Shown here: positions 58,800 through 64,000 of the stretch, one piece after another | Position numbering within the stretch: the stretch's first letter is position 1 | How the letters are laid out: each line of letters begins with the position of its first letter | IMG/VR virus record: IMGVR_UViG_3300008469_000001 | Location: 1-64,000 of that record | From: a virus | Length of the DNA stretch: 64,000 nt | Direction: 5' to 3' (one strand) | Notes under the pieces: model-generated | What the model was told of the DNA's origin: nothing | Databases searched by the model: none | Seen by the model: only the letters and a program-made list of their open reading frames with translations | Position numbers and translations under genes: made by a program

Positions 58800-61700
58800 A
58801 TGATGAGTAATTATAATGATAAGCAGGGTACAGCAACACCAGAAATTATGGCCGCAGAATATAAGGGATTATTTTCTAAAATACAAGAATTAGCTAAGGC
58901 TCAAAAAGCAGAAACATTAGATATTAGTTCTGATGCTGATATTCTAAAAGAAATATTAACTCAAAAAATTGATGATAATGCAGAAACAACAAAAACTATT
59001 TCTGATGAAATTGGTACTCTATTAGGTGCTAATAAAGTTAGTGATAAAGTTGGTTTTGTTAAAAAAATTCTTGAAAAAATAACTGATGAACAATCAAAAG
59101 AATTATATGACAAATTTAATGAAAGAGATACATCAACACAAAATATAAATATAAAGGACTTTGTTGATGATGTAGTCAATGAAATTCAGAAAAAATCTGA
59201 TAATACTCCATCTTCTAATCAGGTTGAAAATGTTTTTGATGCCGAAATAGGTATGTCTTTTGATAGTGTTAGTGAAGGTTTCAGAAGTGAAACAGAAAAT
59301 GTATTTAATATTTCTGATGATGGTAAAACCATTGAAATAACAGACAAAGATGCTGCTTATGCACATGCTGGTGATATAGCTGAAAAGGCGTATGCAGAAA
59401 TAGAAGAAGCTGATGCACAGAAAATAAAGTTACAAGAAGAACTTAATAAAACTTCTGATGATGATTTAGAAGAACAAAAAAGAATAAGAGCAGAGATGGA
59501 ACTGCTTACTAAAAAATCACAAACTGCAGAAAAAATACTATCAAGTGTACAAGGACTTGATAAGACACAGATGAAATCAGATCAAGCAGGAAAAATTAAT
59601 GGAGCAACTAACAAACAAGAAATAAAAAATCAACAAAAAATGGCTAAAGCTTCAAAAGAAACAATTGGAGCATTTGGCAGAATAGTTCAAGGTTCAACAG
59701 GATTTTCAACAGCACTTAGTGAAGCTAATCAAGCTGTAGGTGGATTAACAGATGCATTAGGTTCAGCAGGTGGGGCTTTAGGTGCCCACACTAGTACCCT
59801 TTCAAGTAATTTTTCAGGTTTACAACAAACTGTATTGATGACTGGTGGTGTTCTTGGTATGTTTTTGGGAGCTATGACGCTTGCAACTACAGCAATAAAA
59901 GGTTTTTATGAAAAATTAGATATTGCTAGAGATATGGGACAAGGTGAAGAATTTGTTGAATCACTTAGAGGAATGGAATTAAATACCCTTCTACCACCAG
60001 ATCAACTTAAAGCTATGTCTGAAACAATGTCTAAAAATTTAGGTATGTCATTAACAAACAATTCAAAAAAAATGGAAAGATTGGCTATCAAACAAAGAAT
60101 GTATGAAAGAATGAATGGTAAAGAAAATGCTGCTCAAATGTTAGATTCTTTAGATTCATTAAGACATGTATTAGGTTCAAACAGTGCTGATGGAATGATG
60201 GCAGAATTATCAGCACAAACTAACTCGTTGGCTGCTACTTTAGGTATAAGCAATAAGTTAGCATTGGATCAAATAAAAAGATTAGCTGAGAATACAGAAA
60301 TATTAACAAAAGGATTGGATAAAGATACAGCTGCAGAGATCCAAAAAGTTATGAAAGATGAATTTGCTGGATTATCCAAAGTATATGGTCAGGATGCTGC
60401 AGAAAGAATTACAAAAAAAGCAGCAGAGGCTATTTCAAGTAAGGAGAATGTTAGAAACCAAGCAAATAAGATGATACAAATAAAAGGTCTTGGTGGTAAA
60501 GGTGCGGAAAAGATAGATGAAACAAGAAAAGAATTACATCTGAGTAAAAAAGATGTTAATGCTTTATATGCTAGAGCATCTACAATGGATTTCAAAGCAT
60601 TAACACCAGAAGATCAAAAACTATTGGAAAAATTATCTGTAGCCATGACAGAAGCAGAGAATATTACTGTACAAGATTTACAACAAAGAAAGAAAGAGAT
60701 TAATGCAAAACTTAAAAAAGATCCACAAAATAAAGCATTACAAACTGAGTTACAAGGTATACAAACTAAAATTCATTTAGCATCGAATATTGGACTTGAG
60801 GGTGATCAGGATGTAGCCAATGCACTTAACACCATGTCTGTTAAACAAATTAATAAAATGGAAAAACAAGGAAAGGTTGAATCTGCACAAAGATTGGTTG
60901 GTAACACTGCCATGATAGAAATAAATAAACTTATTGGTATGCAAGGTCCAAAAAATGTAAAAGATTCGGCAAAAATGCTCAAAGCATTAAAAGAAACTCA
61001 GATTGCAAAAGCAGCAAAAGATGATCCAAAAAAACTTGAACAATATAAAAATACAAAACAGAGTTTATTAGCAAGTAAAGCTCAAAAAATGGGAATCAAA
61101 GATACAGATGGTAAATCATCTGAGGAACTTATAAAATTATTAAAAGAAAAAAAAGTTACATCTGCTGAAATAGAAAAAATAGACACTACAGCTTTTGCTT
61201 CAACAATTGGTCCAGCATTAGCTAAACAAATTAAAGATGGTAGGGAATCTGGAAAGGGAACAACAAAGATAGCAGGTGCTAAAACTATAGATAATGCTAA
61301 ATTTAAAAAAGCAGATGAGGATGGAACATTAGCGAAAAATCAGACTAAAGGTAAAAGTACACAATTGGAAAATGATCATGATAAGGCAGCTAGATTAGTT
61401 ATTGAAGCAAATCAGGCTATGGAAAGAGGTGTTATGTCATTAGTTAATAGTGTTTTACCAGCTTTACATGATGCTCTTGATTGGGTAAAAGATAATTTTC
61501 AACTAATAGGTGCTATTCTAGGTAGTGTATTTGCAGCTAAATTATTATGGATGATAAAAGGACCATTAGGATTTTTAGGAAAAGGTATTATGGGTATAGC
61601 AAATACTATTGGTGGAGCAGCATTCACTATTACTAAAGGTATCGCAAAAGGTATTCTAGCAGCACCCAAATTAATAATTTCTGGTATAAAAAATGGTATG

Positions 61701-64000
61701 TCTCTTCTTGGTAAAACATTTAGTATTGCCGGACAAGGTATGAAAGCTGCTTGGAAAGCAAGTAGTTTGATGATAAAAGGTGGAGCAAAACTTGCCAATG
61801 CTGGAATGTCTATTCTAAAAGCACCAAAGAAATTATGGGATGGAATAAAGAATGGTTTTTCTGGATTTACAGATAAAGCATCAGGATTATGGGATAGTGT
61901 TAAATCAGGTGCAAAAGGTATGTGGGATACTGTCTCTAAAGGTGCAAAAGGTATGTGGCAAGGTATCAGTAGTAAATTACAAAATATTGGTGGTGGAGCT
62001 ACCATAACTAAAGATTCTGATGGAAATGATGTTGTTAATGAAACAATGTTTAGTAAATTTGAGAAAGACTCAGATGGAAACGTAAAAAAAGATAAGAGCG
62101 GAAAAGCTATAAAGAAAGGATTATTTTCATCTGTTGGTGAAGGTCTTAAAGGTTTGGTTGGACCAGCAGCCTTAGCTGGTGTAGCACTGAAAGCATTCCA
62201 AGGTGGTATGGAAGGTTGGGGAAAAGCTAATAAATGGTTTGGTAATTCTCTTAATGATACTGGTGATGCATTAACTAAAAATACAAAATATTCTGAAAAT
62301 TTAGCTAAATCAATTAATGTAAATGCAAAATGGGATGAAAAGAAAAAACAATGGGTTGATGAAAATGGTGAAGCTATAAAATCACAAGGAGATTTATTAA
62401 AAGAAAATACAGCTGATGGTTTAAAAATGGCAGAATCACTATCTAAAACGGGTAAAGCGATGTGGGATGGTACTAAATATGTTGATGATTTGGGTAATGC
62501 TATAGTTCCATCAGCTTCATTAGCACAAAAATCTGCATCAGCTGTTGGTGGTGCATTAGAAGCATTATCATTTGGTATGTTAGATGGTAATGAAATGGCT
62601 CATAAAACTGCTGATGCATTTTCATGGATTGGTAAAAAAATGGATGAACTTGGATTAACGGAAACTTTTTCTGAACTCGGTGCATCATTAGCAGCTATTG
62701 GTAAGGTTATTATGTCTGTTGTAGGAAAAATTTTCAATGTTTTATCACCAGTATTTGATGTTGCTGTTCAAGTTTTCTCAGGTATATTTAAGTATATAAG
62801 AGGATTCTTCCAAATATTAACTGGTATATTCTCAGGAGATTTATCAAAAATTGGTGAAGGTGTTAAAACCATTATGAGTGGATTTGTAGACTTAATATTA
62901 TCACCAATAACATTGGTCACTGGATTTATTGATAAAATATTTGGTACGGATATTACCACTAGTGTAACAAATTTTGGTAAATACATTAGTGATTTCTTTG
63001 GTGGATTGGTTGATTTTGTTATGTCACCATTTGAAAGTATTAAAAAATTGTTTGCTGGTTTTGGTGTTGATATAATGAAACCAATTGAGGCTGTAAGTAA
63101 CTATTTCTCAACAATATTTGATAGTGCTATTAAAGGTGCTTTTTCAATTTGGGATGGTTTAACAGATATGGTTACTAAACCATTTGATTTAATCATGGGT
63201 TTTATTGATGGAAAATTTACATTTAAAGAAATGGTTTTGGGTATATTTGATTCTGTTATAAATGGTGTTACTAATATATTTGGTGGTTTTATAGATATAG
63301 TAACAGCACCATTTAAAGGTATACTTTCATTTATAGATACTATGTTTGGAACAAATTTATTAGGGTCATTTTCAACTGTTTTAGGTGGTTTGGTTGATGG
63401 TGTAAAAGGGTACTTCACAAGTATATCTGATGGTGTTATGAATATTGTTGGTGGTTATTGGGATATTATTACTTCTCCTTTCAAAAGAGTTATGGCCTGG
63501 ATTGATGGTGAATTAACACTAGGTCAAATGGTTAAAGGAATTTTTAGTGATATGGTTACTGGTGTTACAGAAATTTTTACTGGCTTCTTGGATATTATTA
63601 CTGCACCATTTAAAGGTATTGTAACATTTATTGATAGTATATTTGGGACTGATTTACTTGGTTCATTCACTCTTGTTAAAGATAATATATTGGGTGTATT
63701 TGATGGTTTTATAGATTTAGTAACAGCTCCATTTAAAGGTCTTATTTCATGGATTACTACTGATATGTCATTTACTGATGCAATGAGTCAAGCATGGGTA
63801 GATGCTAAAGCAGCTTTATCTAAAATATGGAATAGTATTACAGATGTTATCATGATACCTGTTAATAAAGCTATTGATTATATAAAATCATTAAATCCAT
63901 TTGCAGATAGTAAGGAAGATGAAACTACTGATAAATTACAAGAAAATGCTACAGATGACCAAAAAAAATTAGGTGCAGATTTATATAAGAAATTAGGTTT
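58800..64000 (+). CDS. Tape measure protein (partial, >1730 aa)
   Basis: Not in the ORF track; start frame from ATG 58800/58803 matches the open frame at the window end; A/G-rich helices, 11-residue W-repeats (GMWDTVSKGAK) and repeated DIITAPFKG...IDSIFGT units. Confidence 0.8.
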   Translation, partial: MMSNYNDKQGTATPEIMAAEYKGLFSKIQELAKAQKAETLDISSDADILKEILTQKIDDNAETTKTISDEIGTLLGANKVSDKVGFVKKILEKITDEQSKELYDKFNERDTSTQNINIKDFVDDVVNEIQKKSDNTPSSNQVENVFDAEIGMSFDSVSEGFRSETENVFNISDDGKTIEITDKDAAYAHAGDIAEKAYAEIEEADAQKIKLQEELNKTSDDDLEEQKRIRAEMELLTKKSQTAEKILSSVQGLDKTQMKSDQAGKINGATNKQEIKNQQKMAKASKETIGAFGRIVQGSTGFSTALSEANQAVGGLTDALGSAGGALGAHTSTLSSNFSGLQQTVLMTGGVLGMFLGAMTLATTAIKGFYEKLDIARDMGQGEEFVESLRGMELNTLLPPDQLKAMSETMSKNLGMSLTNNSKKMERLAIKQRMYERMNGKENAAQMLDSLDSLRHVLGSNSADGMMAELSAQTNSLAATLGISNKLALDQIKRLAENTEILTKGLDKDTAAEIQKVMKDEFAGLSKVYGQDAAERITKKAAEAISSKENVRNQANKMIQIKGLGGKGAEKIDETRKELHLSKKDVNALYARASTMDFKALTPEDQKLLEKLSVAMTEAENITVQDLQQRKKEINAKLKKDPQNKALQTELQGIQTKIHLASNIGLEGDQDVANALNTMSVKQINKMEKQGKVESAQRLVGNTAMIEINKLIGMQGPKNVKDSAKMLKALKETQIAKAAKDDPKKLEQYKNTKQSLLASKAQKMGIKDTDGKSSEELIKLLKEKKVTSAEIEKIDTTAFASTIGPALAKQIKDGRESGKGTTKIAGAKTIDNAKFKKADEDGTLAKNQTKGKSTQLENDHDKAARLVIEANQAMERGVMSLVNSVLPALHDALDWVKDNFQLIGAILGSVFAAKLLWMIKGPLGFLGKGIMGIANTIGGAAFTITKGIAKGILAAPKLIISGIKNGMSLLGKTFSIAGQGMKAAWKASSLMIKGGAKLANAGMSILKAPKKLWDGIKNGFSGFTDKASGLWDSVKSGAKGMWDTVSKGAKGMWQGISSKLQNIGGGATITKDSDGNDVVNETMFSKFEKDSDGNVKKDKSGKAIKKGLFSSVGEGLKGLVGPAALAGVALKAFQGGMEGWGKANKWFGNSLNDTGDALTKNTKYSENLAKSINVNAKWDEKKKQWVDENGEAIKSQGDLLKENTADGLKMAESLSKTGKAMWDGTKYVDDLGNAIVPSASLAQKSASAVGGALEALSFGMLDGNEMAHKTADAFSWIGKKMDELGLTETFSELGASLAAIGKVIMSVVGKIFNVLSPVFDVAVQVFSGIFKYIRGFFQILTGIFSGDLSKIGEGVKTIMSGFVDLILSPITLVTGFIDKIFGTDITTSVTNFGKYISDFFGGLVDFVMSPFESIKKLFAGFGVDIMKPIEAVSNYFSTIFDSAIKGAFSIWDGLTDMVTKPFDLIMGFIDGKFTFKEMVLGIFDSVINGVTNIFGGFIDIVTAPFKGILSFIDTMFGTNLLGSFSTVLGGLVDGVKGYFTSISDGVMNIVGGYWDIITSPFKRVMAWIDGELTLGQMVKGIFSDMVTGVTEIFTGFLDIITAPFKGIVTFIDSIFGTDLLGSFTLVKDNILGVFDGFIDLVTAPFKGLISWITTDMSFTDAMSQAWVDAKAALSKIWNSITDVIMIPVNKAIDYIKSLNPFADSKEDETTDKLQENATDDQKKLGADLYKKLG

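Noticed and set aside
1-64000. Alternative genetic code, tRNA/rRNA genes, IS elements
   Set aside because: Standard-code ORFs tile the window densely; no cloverleaf, rRNA-like or transposase sequence recognised by eye (a tRNAscan run would be definitive)

Overview
AT-rich segment of a large lytic-type (T4-like/jumbo) myophage genome, probably infecting Campylobacterota, judged from the DnaK sequence. T4-like homologues present: tail sheath, neck gp13/gp14, an extended gp15, gp26/gp51, gp2, late sigma gp55, gp45-like clamp, gp46/47, a giant tail fibre with S74 chaperone, and a tape measure truncated at the right edge. Other genes include UvrD, HU, dTMP kinase, DnaK, Hsp20, a DnaE core split into two distant genes, a tandem-AAA/HExxH-peptidase pair, and a U32 protein plus methyltransferase inside a fibre operon. 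The most striking element is a plasmid-type replicon: a Rep_3 initiator (48057-49388) preceded by a ~1 kb repeat-rich, iteron-like origin from which gene orientation diverges, suggesting a T4-like jumbo phage-plasmid. Other signals are a candidate -1 frameshift joining gp26 to gp51, a ROSE-like RNA thermometer before hsp20, and two promoter classes (TTGTATAAT vs TATAAATA). All calls come from motif recognition by eye; no database searches were run.
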